Source of the DNA: an uncultured Verrucomicrobiae bacterium
GTDB lineage: Bacteria; Verrucomicrobiota; Verrucomicrobiia; Opitutales; JABDGR01
Reading direction: 5' to 3'
NCBI GenBank assembly: GCA_963765205.1
Contig: CAVXVB010000010.1
Coordinates: 1 to 56,718, forward strand
Length of the DNA stretch: 56,718 nucleotides
Both the position numbers and the translations under genes were made by a program. Shown piece after piece: positions 13,701-26,832 of this stretch. Numbering within the stretch: position 1 is the stretch's first letter; the number at the start of each line of letters is the position of its first letter. Under the pieces are notes generated by a model that was not told the origin of the DNA, did not search any database, and saw nothing but the letters and a program-made list of their open reading frames with translations.

Positions 13701-16700
13701 CGTTGCCGCCCAAACCGCCGGTGTTCCCCGTAAAGATCAGCGTGCCCGAGTTGATGCTCGTCAGGCCCGAGTAGTTGCTGGCGTTGGTGAGCGTCAGGTT
13801 CGTATTGCCGTTTTGCGCCACGTTGCCCGTGCCCGCAATGATCCCGGTAAACGTGCTGTCCGCCGTTTGGTTGAACACTAAATACGCGGCGTCGGCCACG
13901 TTGCCACTTAATTGCGAGGTGTCATTCGCGAAAATCAGGGTGCCGGAATTGATGCTCGTCAGGCCCGAGTAGTTGCTCGCGCTGGTGAGTGTCAGGTTGC
14001 TCGTGCCGTTTTGCGCCACATTGCCCGTGCCTGAAATGATCCCGTTATAGGTGCTGTCCGCCGTCTGCGCGAAGACCAGGTTTGTGCTGTCCGTGATGTT
14101 GCCGCCCAACTGCGAAGTGTCCCCGGCGAAAATTAGCGTGCCGCCGCTGATCGTCGTCGTGCCATTATAAGTGTTGACGCCCGTCAGGTTCAGCGTGCCC
14201 GCGTCAGTCTTCGTAAGCCCGTAGCCCAGGCCTCCGTCGGCGATAATTCCGCCATACGTCAAAATGTTGCCCGAGGTTACGTCAATCGTGCCCCCGTTCG
14301 AATCGAGCGCGATGCCGCGGTTGGCGCTCAACGTGAATGTCGCATTCGCCTCCAGCGTGCCGCCATTAAAGATCAGGCTGCCCGGCGTCGCCACGCCCGG
14401 CACCGCGCCGACGTCCCCATCCGCCGTAATAATCAGCGTGCCGCCGGCCAGCGTCGTCGTGCCCGTGTAGGTGTTAGCATTCGAGAGCGTCAGGTTCCCC
14501 GCGCCGGTCAAAGTCAGCGACCCGCTGGAGGAATTGTCCTCATTGTCATTCGCGATGACCCCGCTGATCGCGACATTGCCGCCGCTGGCAATGTTAAGCG
14601 TGAGGGTGAAGTTCGTACTGACATTGGAATTATCGAGATATACGGAACCGGAGAGGGTCGTGCCTGCGGGAGTGGGATTATTGAATGTCAGCGTGTTGCT
14701 GGCCGCGTTGATCACAGTACCCCCGAGGTTGAGGGCATGACCGTCCGTGCTGGCGCCCAAGGTCGAACTCGCGGTGATGTTGATCGAATTGGTGAGGGTG
14801 GTTCCCGCAAGAGCGTCCGCCTCGAGCGTGCCGCCATTGAGGACCAGGGTGCTCGTGCCCAGCGCTCCGACGTTGCCCAGAATGAGCGTTCCGGTATTGA
14901 GCGTCGTGTTGCCGCCATAAGTGTTGGCTCCGTCGAGGGTAAGATTAGTCGCATCGTTTTTGGTCAACCCCAAAGTTCCATTGAGAACCGCGTTCGCCTC
15001 CTCCGTGCCGTTATTACCGATGAAAGCGGCGTTGAGACTGGTCAGCGTGCCATTTTGAATCGTGCCCGTGCTGGTGGCGTTGCCGATTGACACGTTGCCG
15101 ACCGTTTGCGGCGTGCCACCGAGGTCCAGCGTGCTGTTGCCATGCACGGTCAATTTGGCGACGGTGGTATTGCCCAGCGTGCCGCTCCCGGTGATGTCCA
15201 GCGTGCCTGCGCCTAGGATGGTGGTGCCGTTGTAGGTGTTGGCACCGCTCAGAATGAGCGTGCCGACATTCGCCGCGTTGTCGAGTGTCAGGCTGCCCGT
15301 GTTGGCGCTATCAATAATGCTGCCGCTAATGGTGACGGTGTCGCCGTTGGCAATCAGGAGGGTAAGGGTGTGCGCGGCCGTGGTGCCGGTGTTGAGATCA
15401 ACGGTTCCCGTGAAGGTCGTGTTGCCATTGAGGTTGAGGATGTTGGTGGCATTGTTCGTCAGGCCGCCAAAGGTGAGGTTCGACGGGCCGCCGATGGTCC
15501 CATTGGTGGCGGCCAGGACGACATTGTTATAAAGTTGGTATCCCGTCCCGCCATCCAAGCCATCCCCGGCCACCGTGCCATTGCCGAGGTAAAGCGTGCT
15601 GGCGCCCAAGGCGCTGCTGTTGCCGACAATGAGTGTCGCGCCCGTGCCGATCGTCGTGTTGCCCGAGTAGGAATTGGCGCCCGTCAGCGTCACCTGGCCG
15701 TTGCCCGTGATGGCCAGGGAGCTGTTTGTGACATGGCTGAGATCATTGCCAATGGGCGCACTAATCATGACATTATTGCCGACCGAGCCTGTCGCCAGCG
15801 TAAGCGTGTAGCAGCCGGAGCCATCTGAGAGGTAGAAGGCGGGGCCGCTAAATGTCGTGCCATGGATATTGTTGAAGGTGACGATGTTATTGCCAATGTT
15901 GGTCAAAATTCCATTGAGAATAATGGCATTGGAGTCGGTGCTGTTGCCCAGGATGACATTGGCGGTGACATCAATGTTATTGGACAGCGGGCTTCCGGCC
16001 AAACCATCCACGTCGAGCGTGCCGCCGCCGAGGCTGAGCGTGCCCGTGCCCAAAGCCAAGGTATTGTCCACATAAAGCGTTCCCGCATCGAGGGTCGTGC
16101 CACCCGTGTAAGTATTGGTCTCGCTAAGGGTGAAACTGCCGGTGCCAACTTTAACCAGCGCACCACCCGGGGTCGTGCCGTCGGCGAGGATGCCGTCATA
16201 AGTGCTGGTGATGTTGTCATTGCCCACCGTCAGCGTCACCGGCGCGGTGCCGGCTTGATTTTCCAAATACAGAATAGTGAGCACGTCCGTCAGGCCGCCG
16301 AAAGTCGCCGCCGTCAAGGAACCAAAGCTTAAATTTCCGCCCTCGATGTCCAACGTGCTGTCCTGCAGAGCGGCGGGGTTGCCCAAAACCAGCGTGCCGC
16401 CGGTCAGGTTCGTCGCGCCGGTGTAGGTGTTCGCGCCGCCGAGCGTCAGGTTGCCCGTCCCATTCATGTTTATGCCGCCAGTCGTCGTGGCGATAACGCC
16501 ATTCAGGATCAGATTCCCGGGACCCTGCACTGTGATGTTGTCCGTCGCGCCGGTGATGCCGCCACCAAGGGTCAGATTGGCCGTGCCGTTTACCGTAATA
16601 TTGCGCGAGGCATTCATCGTCACCGCGCCCGTGCCCAGGTTCAAGTCATTGGTGCCGCCGTAAGTAAAGTCGCCGTCCAATTTCACCAAATTACTGTTGA

Positions 16701-19700
16701 TGAGATCAGTGAACGTAATATTGGTGTTGTCAATCGTGCCGCCATTGATGGTGAGGGTGCCGGCTGCGTCCACCGCCGTGTTGCCATTGATATTGAGCTC
16801 CCCGCTGTTGAGCGTCACGCCGCCGGTGGTTCCGTCATTCTGGCCGCTCAGGGTGAGGTTGCCCGTGCTATTACTCATCGTCTCGGTGATGCTGCCCGTG
16901 CCTAACGTAATGTTGCCGGAAAGATCCAGAGTGCCCGCGCCTGTCACCACCACACTCTTGTTTGTGGCAGTAATCGGCCCACCGATAGTCAAAGTGCTCG
17001 CGTTAATGGTCAGCGTGGAGGTGGCGGTCAAATTCACCGCGCCCGTGCCAACATTCAAGCTGTTCGAACCAATAAAAGTGAAGCTGCCGCCGATGCTCAA
17101 GGGGTTGTTGGTCGTCAAGGGATTGGAGGAACCCATGTTGCTGCCGGCATCCAAATTACCGCCAGAGATGGTCAGTATGTTGGTCAGTGCGTTGGAGCCG
17201 ATGGCCGAGGCGGTGCCGTTGCCCGGATTATTAATGACCAGCGTGCCGGTTGAAAGCGTCGTGCCGTTGGAGTAAGTGTTGTTGCCGCTCAGGGTCAGCG
17301 TGCCGGTTGTCGTCTTATTCAACCCCACGGCCCCCGCCAAAGTCGCATTCGCAGCCTCCGTGCCGCTCTCCCCCACGTAGGTAGCGTTACTGATTAGAGT
17401 GCCATTTTGAATCGTGCCACCATCAATGGTCACGGTGTTGAAGGTCTGGCTCGGTAAACTGCCTCCAAGATCCAAGGTGCCGCCGCTAACAATCAACGCG
17501 CCCGGCAAATTGTTCGCGGTGGTGAGGTAGAGCGTGCCCCCGGCCACCGTGGTCGTGCCGGAGTAGTTGTTGGCCGCGCCACTCAAAGTGAGGCTGCCCG
17601 TGCTGGTAGCGGCGAGGGTCAGGCTGCCGGCATGACTGGTGCTGCTATTGATGACATTACCACTGACGAGGGCGCTGGAGCTGATGTTGAGCGTGAGCGT
17701 GCGGGCGGCGGCGTTGTCACTATCGAGGTCAAAATTTCCGGGGAAGGTCACACCTCCGGTATTGGTAATGTTGAGGGTGTTATCGGCGGCGTTGGTCAAG
17801 CCGTTGAACGTCAGGGCCGATGGGCCGCTGATGGTGGAATTGGCGGTGATGCTAATGTTGTTAGTTAGCGTATACCCACCCACACTGTTTCCATCCCCCT
17901 GGATCGTGCCGCCGGCGAGGATGAGCGTGCCACTGCCCAACGCGGTGCTGTTTGTGCCGACACCGAGCGAACCATTACCGATGACCACGGTGGCGTTCGG
18001 GTTGATGGTCGTGGTACCGCTGTACGTGTTGGTGCCATTGAGGGTCACCGCGCCCGACCCGCTTACCCCGCTGACCGTCAACGAACTCGTTGAGGCACTG
18101 CTCGAGTCATTGGCAATGGCCGCGCTGATCGTGGCGCTGGCGCCTGTGCCGAGTGAAAGACTAAGGGTATGATTCGTCGGAGAATTTGAGAGATAGAAGT
18201 TTGTGCCATTGAAAGTCGTGCCATTGGCGTTGTTAAGGGTGAGGGTGTCGGTGGCATTATTGGTCAAATTGCCGCTTAAGTTGAGGGGATTTTGATCGGT
18301 ATTGTTGCCAATCGTTGAAGTCGCGGTGACGGTAATATTATTGCCCAACGGAGTTCCAACCAAGCTATCCCCGTCGAGTGTGCCGCCAGAGAGGAGGAGC
18401 GTGCCGGTGCCGAGCGCCGAGGAAGTCGCGACTTCCAGTTCGCCCGCATGAAGCGTCGTGGTGCCATAACTGCTGCCGGTGCCGCCTAGAATCAACTCGC
18501 CCAAGTCCATCTTGGTCAAGGCCCCCGAACCGGCAATCGTGCCGTTGTAGGTCAGCACCGTGTCCGTGGCCACGTCAAACGTGCCTCCGCTCGAATTGAG
18601 CGTGATACCGCGATTACCATTCAAAGTGACGGGTGCCGTCATGTTCGTCACCAGAAGCGTGCCGCCGTTAAAGGTCAATTGGCCGGGCGTAGCCGAAACT
18701 GGCGCTGTGCCTAGGTTGGTGTCCGTACTGATGCTCAGCGTGCCACCGTTGATGTTGGTCGCGCCGCTGTAACTATTGGTCGCATTCGTCAGCGCGAGGG
18801 TCTTGGTACCGTTGGTCGTCAAGACCCCCGTGCCCGAAATCGCCCCGCTGAAAGTGCTGTTCACCGTCTGGTCGAACACCAGGTTCGCGTCATCCACAAT
18901 GCCGCCACCCAACTGCGAGGTGTCCCCGGTGAAGATCAGCGTGCCGCCATTAATAGTCGTGCTGCCCGTGTAACTATTAATCCCGCCGAGTGTAAGGGAG
19001 CCGGTTCCAGCCTTGATTAGCGAACCGCCCGCGCCTGCTCCCGAGCCGTCGGTAAGCACACCGTTATACGTGCTGCTGGCACCGCCATTACCCACCGTCA
19101 GCGTTACTGGCCCCAAGTTACCCGCATTCGCCAAAACCACCGTTGGATTGGTGCCGGACAAACCACCAAGGGTCGCCGTCGTTAAGGTGCCAAAGCTTAA
19201 CACCGCGCCGGAGTCATAGGTCAAAGTGCTGTCCTGCAAGGCGAGCGGATTGCCTAAAAGCAGCGTGCCGCCCGAAAGCGTCGTGGCGCCGGTGTAAGTG
19301 TTCGCCCCGGATAGAATCCACTCGCCGCTGCCGGTCAAGGCAACCGAGGTGGCTTTGGTAACACTACTATCAGAAATGACCGCGGATATACTGGCGGTGC
19401 TGCCAGAACCGCCGGTGAGGGTCAGGGTCTTCGCCCCGACGCTGGTGGTGGTAAAGATGCCATTGAAGTCCAGGGTGCCCGTGCCTTCATCATCCAGCGT
19501 GCCCCCGCCGGTGGTGCCGCCTAGGTTGATCGCAAGGTTGGTGCTGTTTCCCCCGCCGGTATATTGTAAAACACCAGTCGCTGTGCCTGCGCCGAGGGTG
19601 ATGGTGCCCCCGGAGTTGGGCTGGCCGACCGCGCTCGCGACGCCGACATTGTCAATCGTGTTGATCGAAAGGGTCCCGTTATTGACCGAGGTGTTGCCGC

Positions 19701-22700
19701 TGTACGTGTTAACTCCGCTGAGTTGCAACGTGCCGGCGTCCATCTTGGTCAGCGTTCCCGAACCCGTGCCAGCAGCGATTATGCCTCCGTAGATCACCGT
19801 CGTGCCGGTGGCCGCGTCAAACGTGCCTCCGCTCGAATTGAGCGTGATACCGCGATTACCATTCAAAGTGACGGGTGCCGTCATGTTCGTCACCAGAAGC
19901 GTGCCGCCGTTAAAGGTCAATTGGCCGGGCGTAGCCGAAACTGGCGCTGTGCCTAGGTTGGTGTCCGTACCTGATGCTCAGCGTGCCACCGTTGATGTTG
20001 GTCGCGCCGCTGTAACTATTGGTCGCATTCGTCAGCGCGAGGGTCTTGGTACCGTTGGTCGTCAAGACCCCCGTGCCCGAAATCGCCCCGCTGAAAGTGC
20101 TGTTCACCGTCTGGTCGAACACCAGGTTCGCGTCATCCACAATGCCGCCACCCAACTGCGAGGTGTCCCCGGTGAAGATCAGCGTGCCGCCATTAATAGT
20201 CGTGCTGCCCGTGTAACTATTAATCCCGCCGAGTGTAAGGGAGCCGGTTCCAGCCTTGATTAGCGAACCGCCCGCGCCTGCTCCCGAGCCGTCGGTAAGC
20301 ACACCGTTATACGTGCTGCTGGCACCGCCATTACCCACCGTCAGCGTTACTGGCCCCAAGTTACCCGCATTCGCCAAAACCACCGTTGGATTGGTGCCGG
20401 ACAAACCACCAAGGGTCGCCGTCGTTAAGGTGCCAAAGCTTAACACCGCGCCGGAGTCATAGGTCAAAGTGCTGTCCTGCAAGGCGAGCGGATTGCCTAA
20501 AAGCAGCGTGCCGCCCGAAAGCGTCGTGGCGCCGGTGTAGGTGTTCGCGTTGCCGAGCGTCACGTTGCCCCCGCCGGCTATCGTTAGCCCGCTGGCAGAT
20601 GCATCGCTGCTATCGTTGGAAATAGGAGCACTGATGGTGACATTGGCGCCAGGGGCCAGCGAAAGGGTGAGGGTGTGATTTATGCCCGAATTGGAGAGAT
20701 AGAAAGCAGAGCCGGAGAAAGTTGTACCCCCAGGAGTAAGGTTGTTGAAAGTGAGCGTGTCATTGGCACTGTTCATCAAAATACCGCTGAATGTAAGGGA
20801 GTAAGTGTCGGCACTGCTGTCAATGGTTGAACTCGCGGTAATATTGATTGGATTGTTCAAGCTATATGCGTTTTGATTATCCCCTTCGATCGTGCCGTTG
20901 TTGAGCACAAGCGTGCCACCGATGCCGAACGCCGCGCTGTTTGTGGTAACCCCGGGATTGGTAAGTGAGCCACTGCCAACGACCACGGTTGCGCCGGTGC
21001 TGAGCGTCGTGTTCCCCGTATAGGTGTTCGTGCCATTCAGCGTCACCTGACCCACCCCGCTTATAATCAGAGAACTCGTTTCAGTATTAGAAACTGCATC
21101 ATTGGCGACGACCCCATTGATGATGGTATCGGCACTGGCGACCGTCGCCAGGGTGAGGACGTTGTTGGTGCTGGCATTGGAGAGATAGAACGAATTGTTA
21201 AAGCTCGTGCCGGCCGTATTATCGACGTTGAGGGTGAAGTTGCCATTATTCGTCACCGTGCCGGTGAAGGTTAGGGCTGAACTGCCGCCAAGGCCGCTGC
21301 CAAGGGTTGAAGCTTTCGTTATGCTGATGGGATTGGCCAGCGTATAGGGATTGAGGCCGTCCCCCTCCAACGTGCCGCCGTTGAGGACAATCGCACCCGT
21401 GCCCAGCGCAAGGTTATTGCCAACGACCGCCGAGGCGTTGCCGATAACCAGCACGCCCGCTGAGAGCGTAGTCGTGCCGGAATAACTGCCGCTCGAGCCG
21501 CCCAAAATCAGCGTGCCCGTGTCCATTTTGGTCAGGTTCCCCGCGCCGGTAATCGTGCCATTGTAGGTCAGCACTTTGCTGGCAGCCACGTCAATATTGC
21601 TGCTGCTGCTCGTGTCGACGGTAATGCCGCTGGGATTGGGACTTAGCGTGAAAGTTGCCGTGGTGAGCAACGTGCCGCCGTTGAAAATCAACGCTCCGGA
21701 GCCCAGATTATCATCGGCGCTGATGCTCAGGGTGCCGCTGTTGATGGTTGTGGAACCTGTGTAAGTATTGTCCCCGCTGAGGGTAAAGGTGCCGGTTCCC
21801 GATTTTATGAGCGATCCACCCGATGATCCGTCGCTGAGATCCCCGCTGTAGGTGCTGCTCGTGGTGCCGTTGCCCACCGTTAGGGCTACCGCCACTGGAG
21901 TGTTGTTCTCCAAAATGAGATTCTGGCTGCCAGTCAAACCGCCAAAAGTCGCCGACGTCAAACTGCCAAAACTCAATGTTCCGCCGTTGAGGTTCACGGT
22001 GCTGGCCTGCAGGGCGAGAGCATTCCCCAGCATTAGCGTGCCGCTGGTAAGGGTCGTCGCACCCGCGTAGGTGTTCGCGCCGCTGAGGGTGAGTTGCCCA
22101 GAGCTAACGGTTACATTGCCGGCCGTGCCCGTGCTGGAAATCACGCCGGAAACCACGGTGCTGCCCGTGCCGGAAAAATTCGCGGTCTGGTTGGCCAGCG
22201 CCATATTCCCCAGGGTGAGTTGCGGACCGGTGCCCGATCCATCGTTCGTGATGTTCAACGTGACGATGCCGGTGCCCAGAATGATGTTCGACGTAATGTT
22301 GACGGCCCCGTAGAAGGAGGAATCCAGCAGCAATTGCGGCGCGGTGCCATTGAAGGTCAGGGTGCGCGTGGTTGGCGTGCTGGATATTGTGTAACTAATC
22401 GTATCCGCGGTGCCGCCGCCGCTGTTGTTGAATTCCAGTTCGTTCAGGGTGATGTTGGTCGTCAGGGTGATGGTTTGCGTCGAAAGTGTATCGTTCGCAT
22501 AGTTGAAGTCAGCCCAGGCCGTGGCCGAATTCGGAGCGATCGCTGGCGACCAATCCGAGGTATTACCCCAAGTGAGATTTCCATTCCCCAGCCAGTAAGT
22601 GGGCGTCTGCGCCTCCGCGCGCGGCGCCGACACCAAACCTAGGCAGACCAGCGCCACCAAGCCCAACCACGCGGCGGCAGGCCGGGCGGCGGGGCGTCGA

Positions 22701-22786
22701 AGTCGTGCCGTCCGGGGTGGTCCCAGAAGGCGAAGCAAAGGAAAAGCGTGTGACGTGCTGGAGCCGGAGCGGATGGAGTTATTCAC
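1..22786 (-). CDS. Giant secreted adhesin-like protein with autotransporter-associated beta-strand repeats (>7,500 aa; 3' end outside window; single-base indels at ~19970, ~12554, ~24)
   Basis: ORFs 19910..22786 and 12448..19920 and the unlisted minus frame continuing to position 1 join into one Gly/Thr/Asn/Ser-rich protein with many G(A/V)NTY(S/T)GxTTINxGTL repeats. N-terminal signal peptide (...WLGLVALVCLGLVSAPRAEA/Q). T5SS/PEP-CTERM-associated-type repeats (VLVTGANSTW...YVG..GSGALTVSNGG) at ~5000-5900. Confidence 0.9.
6090..10196. repeat. Tandem 798-bp super-repeat (201+201+198+198 bp), 5 full copies plus a partial
   Basis: Identical shadow ORFs at 6151, 6949, 7747, 8545 and 9343 (period 798). 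Confidence 0.95.
18573..20539. repeat. ~724-bp direct duplication inside the adhesin (18573-19296 and 19815-20539)
   Basis: The copies read identical except for one extra C at ~19970; identical shadow ORFs at 18776/20019 and 19013/20256. Confidence 0.93.
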
Positions 22787-23546
22787 AGGGAAATAATAGG
22801 ATTAAGGCGGAGCTTGGAATGACGATAAAAAGTATAGGAAGCAGGGAACGGGCCACGCGGGGTGGTCAGTCCATCTGGGCACGGGCGCTCAATTGGCGGC
22901 GATATTGTCAGTTAACCCGATGGCCCGCAACACTTTTTTATGCCTATTCTTTTACAATCTCTAGGGTAAAAAAGTGCAAAAATAGGCTTGCCAATCCGGC
23001 CGGTTTACGTTCTCAATGAGGATTCGTCAGGCCGCTTGGTTTGCGTTAATCTTTGCGATTCCCAGGAATAGCGTCGAATTATAACGCTCAAAGGGATAGG
23101 TTATTGACAGTTTTTTCAGGGTGTCAATAAACTAACGAAAGATTAGGTTTTTTGATTTTGGGCGATTCTCCTGGCTGGCTCGCCAATCAGATGGTCCCCA
23201 GCCGGATGTTGGGCGTCTCCCCAATCCCGGTTCGCCGCCAAGCTGCACTCGCCCGCCCGTCGTGCTCCCCCCAACGTTACTCAGACCAACCAGACAGGCA
23301 TTTCGTTGCCTTGCATAGCATACGGAGGTTCACTCAATTCAGCCACTCGAACCGAGCTTTTGAGCCATTGACGACTCCAGGATTGATCGGCCATCCGAAT
23401 CCAAGATCAAGACGATCTGAATCTTGTCGAAATATCCGCCCCCGTCCTGCAATCCAACTATTCTTTTGGGGCCGGGCCATCCGTGCAATCTGCCCAATTC
23501 GCGGTCGCGACCAGCACCCTTAGGCTCGCCTGGCCATGCCATGGTC

Positions 23547-23582
23547 AAAAAAATGGCCATGGGCAAAATTGCCCATGGCCAT
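23547..23582 (-). terminator. Rho-independent terminator of the OmpH/Skp gene
   Basis: Perfect inverted repeat ATGGCCATGGGCAA-aa-TTGCCCATGGCCAT followed on the minus strand by a T7 run, ~50 bp past the stop codon. Confidence 0.8.
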
Positions 23583-23632
23583 ATTCTTCGCCCCGCGATT
23601 GGGGACGATGATCCAATTATAGTCAGCCAGCC

Positions 23633-24271
23633 TTACTTCGAGGTGCCGGTGGTCTTGGCCGGGGCGGCTGCCGGAGTGACGCTCGGCACTTCGGGGGCCG
23701 GCGAGGGCGGCGCGCTGTTCAGCTCCGTGATGATCTCCTTCGAGATGTCCCAGCTCGGGTCGTAATACAGGGCGATGTCCGTCGTCGTCACCGCGCCCAC
23801 GCCGCGCTTCTTCGCAATGTCGGCGGCCGCGGAGCGGATCTTCAGCACGACGGCTTGCAAATAAGTCTGGCGCTGGAGGCTCAGTTGCTGCTCGGCGTTC
23901 TTCTGGAACGTCGTCGCTTCCTGCTGCTTGGACTGATACAGGCTCGCCACGCTGTCAAATTCGGTCTTGATCTTGTCTTTGTCGGCCTGGACGGTGGCGT
24001 TGGCGTATTGTTTCTGCAAATCCTGGGCCTTGGACAGGGCCGCGTTCATGTCGTTCGCAATGCTGTTGAGGTTGCCATTGTCGCCTTCGACGGCGCCCTG
24101 GAACTTCAGCGTCAAGGCCTGCGCCTCGATGCTGCCGGCGAGCACGGCGTTCATGTCCACGACCAAAAAAGCGGGCTTGGGGGCGGACATGGAGTCCGCG
24201 GCGTGGGTGGCCACGGGGGCGGCGGCCATGAGGGATGCAACACAGAGGAGGGACAGAGCGGTTTTTTTCAT
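23633..24271 (-). CDS. OmpH/Skp family periplasmic chaperone
   Basis: Signal peptide MKKTALSLLCVASLMAAAPVATHA; 'VVDMNAVL' N-terminal strand, long coiled coil, 'IAKKRG...LYYDPSWDISKEII' C-terminus. Alternative start at 24283. Confidence 0.8.
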   Translation of the reverse strand: MKKTALSLLCVASLMAAAPVATHAADSMSAPKPAFLVVDMNAVLAGSIEAQALTLKFQGAVEGDNGNLNSIANDMNAALSKAQDLQKQYANATVQADKDKIKTEFDSVASLYQSKQQEATTFQKNAEQQLSLQRQTYLQAVVLKIRSAAADIAKKRGVGAVTTTDIALYYDPSWDISKEIITELNSAPPSPAPEVPSVTPAAAPAKTTGTSK

Positions 24272-24527
24272 GGAGGAGATCATTTGAGTTCGTTGAAGAG
24301 GTATGCCGTTGGAGGGGGGTTTATTGGCATGAAGGAGACAGCAAATCATAAATCACATTCCCTGACAACTAGAAAATGTAACCTATGACATATATATGAC
24401 AATGTAGCCGGAATCAGTTGGGGACGGATTTCCGGCGGATCTTCAGCCGCCTTTGCGGGGGCCTTGCGTTCCGCGCCTCTTTCCCATCACTATCTGCCTG
24501 CCCGGTGCTTCTCTCCGCTCCCCGCCC

Positions 24528-26082
24528 ATGCAATCCGATAAGGAACTCTACCGCCAGTTGCGCGTTTTGCCCGCGGATATTCTCTGGGCCGACGAAGTCC
24601 CGCGCTTTGACCGCGCCCCGCCGCCCGAGCGGATGCGGCGCGTCGCCCTCATCCGCGCGGTCGGGGTCGCGTTTGCCGCCACCGGCACCGCCGAACAAAA
24701 AGCCGCCGTGCGCGCCTGGCTCACCCGGTTGTTGCAGGACCCGGCCGAGAAAATCCGGCGCTACGCCATGGCCGCCCTGCCCAAAATCGGCGCCGGAGCG
24801 AGCGAGGAGGTGCAACTCCTTTCCCTCCTTAAAACCGCTTCCGGCGAACGCGAAAAAAAGTCCCTCGGCCAGGCCCTCGAAAAAATCGGCGGCGCGGCGA
24901 CCCTCGCCGCCGTCACCGAAGCCCCCGGGCTGCTCCCCCAAACCGAGCAAAAGGTCAAAGCCAGCCTCGCCCGCGCCGCCCAGCCCAGCACCGTCCGCCT
25001 CGACCGCGTCTTCACCCCCCGGCGCGGCCTGCGCATCCACCTGCGCTGCCGCAAGGGCTTGGAAGCCATTGTCCGCGATGAAGTTAGGGAATACATCGCC
25101 CGGCACGGCAAATTTCGCCTCCTCGAATTCCGCGGCCAATGCGTCGCCCTCACCCCCACCGCGCCGTTTGCCCTGGCCGATTTATATACCCTGCGCTGTT
25201 TTGACACCCTCGGTTTCGGCCTCGGGGTGGTCCGCGCCCCCACCCCCGCCCAGTCCATCGAGCCGCTCGCCGAAGTCATCACCTCGCCCCTGACGCGCCA
25301 GCTCCTCGAAGCCTTCACCGAGGGTTCGCTGCGCTACCGGCTCGATTATGTGGGCAAAGGCCACCAGCGCGGGGCCGTCCGCCTCGTCGCCAATCGCGCC
25401 TATGCGCTGTGCCCCGACATCCTCAACGACCCCCGCGAAGCCCCCTGGGCCATTGACCTCCACCCCATTCAGGGCGGCTGCTCGGTCGAATTGCGCCCCA
25501 AACTCACCCCCGACCCGCGTCTCTATTATAGAACCGACGACGTTTGGGCCGCCTCGCACCCGCCCCTGGCTGCCTGTATGGCCCGCGTCGCCGGCCGCAT
25601 GAAGGACGAAATCGTCTGGGACCCCTTTTGCGGTTCCGGCCTCGAACTCATCGAAAGCGCCCTGCTTGGCGGCGTCCAAAGCCTCCACGGCACGGACCTC
25701 GACCCCGCGGCCCTGGCGATCGCGCAGGCGAACTTCACTGCGGCGAAGCTGCCCAACGTCACCGCCCATTTCAGCCTCGGCGATTTCCGCGACCACGCCC
25801 AAATCGCGGGCCTCGGCCCCCGCAGCGTCACCCTGATCATCACCAACCCCCCGATGGGCCGCCGCATCCGCGTCCCCAACCTCCACCAACTCATCAGCGA
25901 CCTCTTCCGCGTCGCGGCCGAAGTGTTAAAACCCGGCGGCCGCCTCGTCTTTCCGGAATCCCCTCCGCCTCGAACCGGCGGACCGCACCCTCCAACTCCA
26001 AACCCAACAAACCATAGACCTCGGCGGCTTCGATTGCCGCCTGGAGGTGTATCGAAAGGTGGGGGTCGGGTCACAAATTTAG
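24528..26082 (+). CDS. HEAT-repeat-fused SAM-dependent RNA methyltransferase (UPF0020/RlmL-TrmG10-like), with one +1 indel at ~25955
   Basis: Motifs VWDPFCGSG and IITNPPMG; N-terminal HEAT-like 'LLQDPAEKIRRYAMAALPKIG'. Removing one G at ~25955 gives a plausible end (...FPNPLRLEP...IDLGGFDCRLEVYRK...) stopping at 26082. Confidence 0.75.
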
Positions 26083-26828
26083 GCCACCTCTAATTCAAGA
26101 CGGCGATATTCCGGATTTTTTGGCGTTGGCATCTCATCATAGGTTTTGCCTGCCAATTCGCGACCCGTGAGGTCTTTTCTAACGCCACCCCATTGCTTGA
26201 AGAAGAATGCCGTGTTGGCCTTTCTGCATTGCTTGAAGATGGAACGCACCCACTCAATTTTCATTTCACGTGAACCCGGGCCACTTTCACCGCCAACGAT
26301 GACCCAATCAATCCCTTCAAGGGGTAAAGCGTCGATTGGCCCAATGAGTGGTTCCAAAGACAAAAAGCGGACGGCGGCGGGCACCAATTGAAGATCATGT
26401 ATGCGATTCACAACGCGAGCATCCTCTACGCTGACACCCATCCACACATTCGGCGCCCAATCGAGTTCGCGTGCGAATTCCGCCAGGCGTTCACTCCGCT
26501 TGGTCAGAATTTGAAACGTATGTTGGGGACAGGCTCGCATCGTTGCGAAGATTTTTTTAATGAATGCGAGCGGAACTTTTTCGTGAAAAAGGTCGCTCAT
26601 GGAATTCACAAAGACCAGTTTAGGCGTTTTCCATGACTTTGGGGCATCAATAAGATCGTTATGCAGCGTGAGGTCGAAGCCATTTTTATATCGCTCTGTG
26701 CCCATTGCTTGAAGCCGCATTGCCATGCGCTCGGCATAACAATGTTTGCAGCCAGCACTAACCTTGCTGCAACCCGTGACCGGGTTCCAAGTTGATTCTG
26801 TCCATTCGATATGTGAATTGCCGCGCAT
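26079..26828 (-). CDS. DUF5131 / phage Gp37-Gp68 family three-Cys-motif protein
   Basis: IEWTESTWNPVTGCSKVSAGCKHCYAE (Cx6Cx2C), FVNSMSDLFH, FLSLEPL, WVIVGGESG, FFFKQWGG. Confidence 0.92.
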   Translation of the reverse strand: MRGNSHIEWTESTWNPVTGCSKVSAGCKHCYAERMAMRLQAMGTERYKNGFDLTLHNDLIDAPKSWKTPKLVFVNSMSDLFHEKVPLAFIKKIFATMRACPQHTFQILTKRSERLAEFARELDWAPNVWMGVSVEDARVVNRIHDLQLVPAAVRFLSLEPLIGPIDALPLEGIDWVIVGGESGPGSREMKIEWVRSIFKQCRKANTAFFFKQWGGVRKDLTGRELAGKTYDEMPTPKNPEYRRLELEVA

Positions 26829-26832
26829 TTTT

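Noticed and set aside
18573..20539. Diversity-generating retroelement TR/VR pair
   Set aside because: No adenine-specific mismatches between the copies and no reverse transcriptase in the window.
22787..23546. Short ORFs and a possible sigma-54 promoter upstream of the adhesin
   Set aside because: The ORFs lack recognisable features, and the TGGCA...TTGC spacing does not fit -24/-12.
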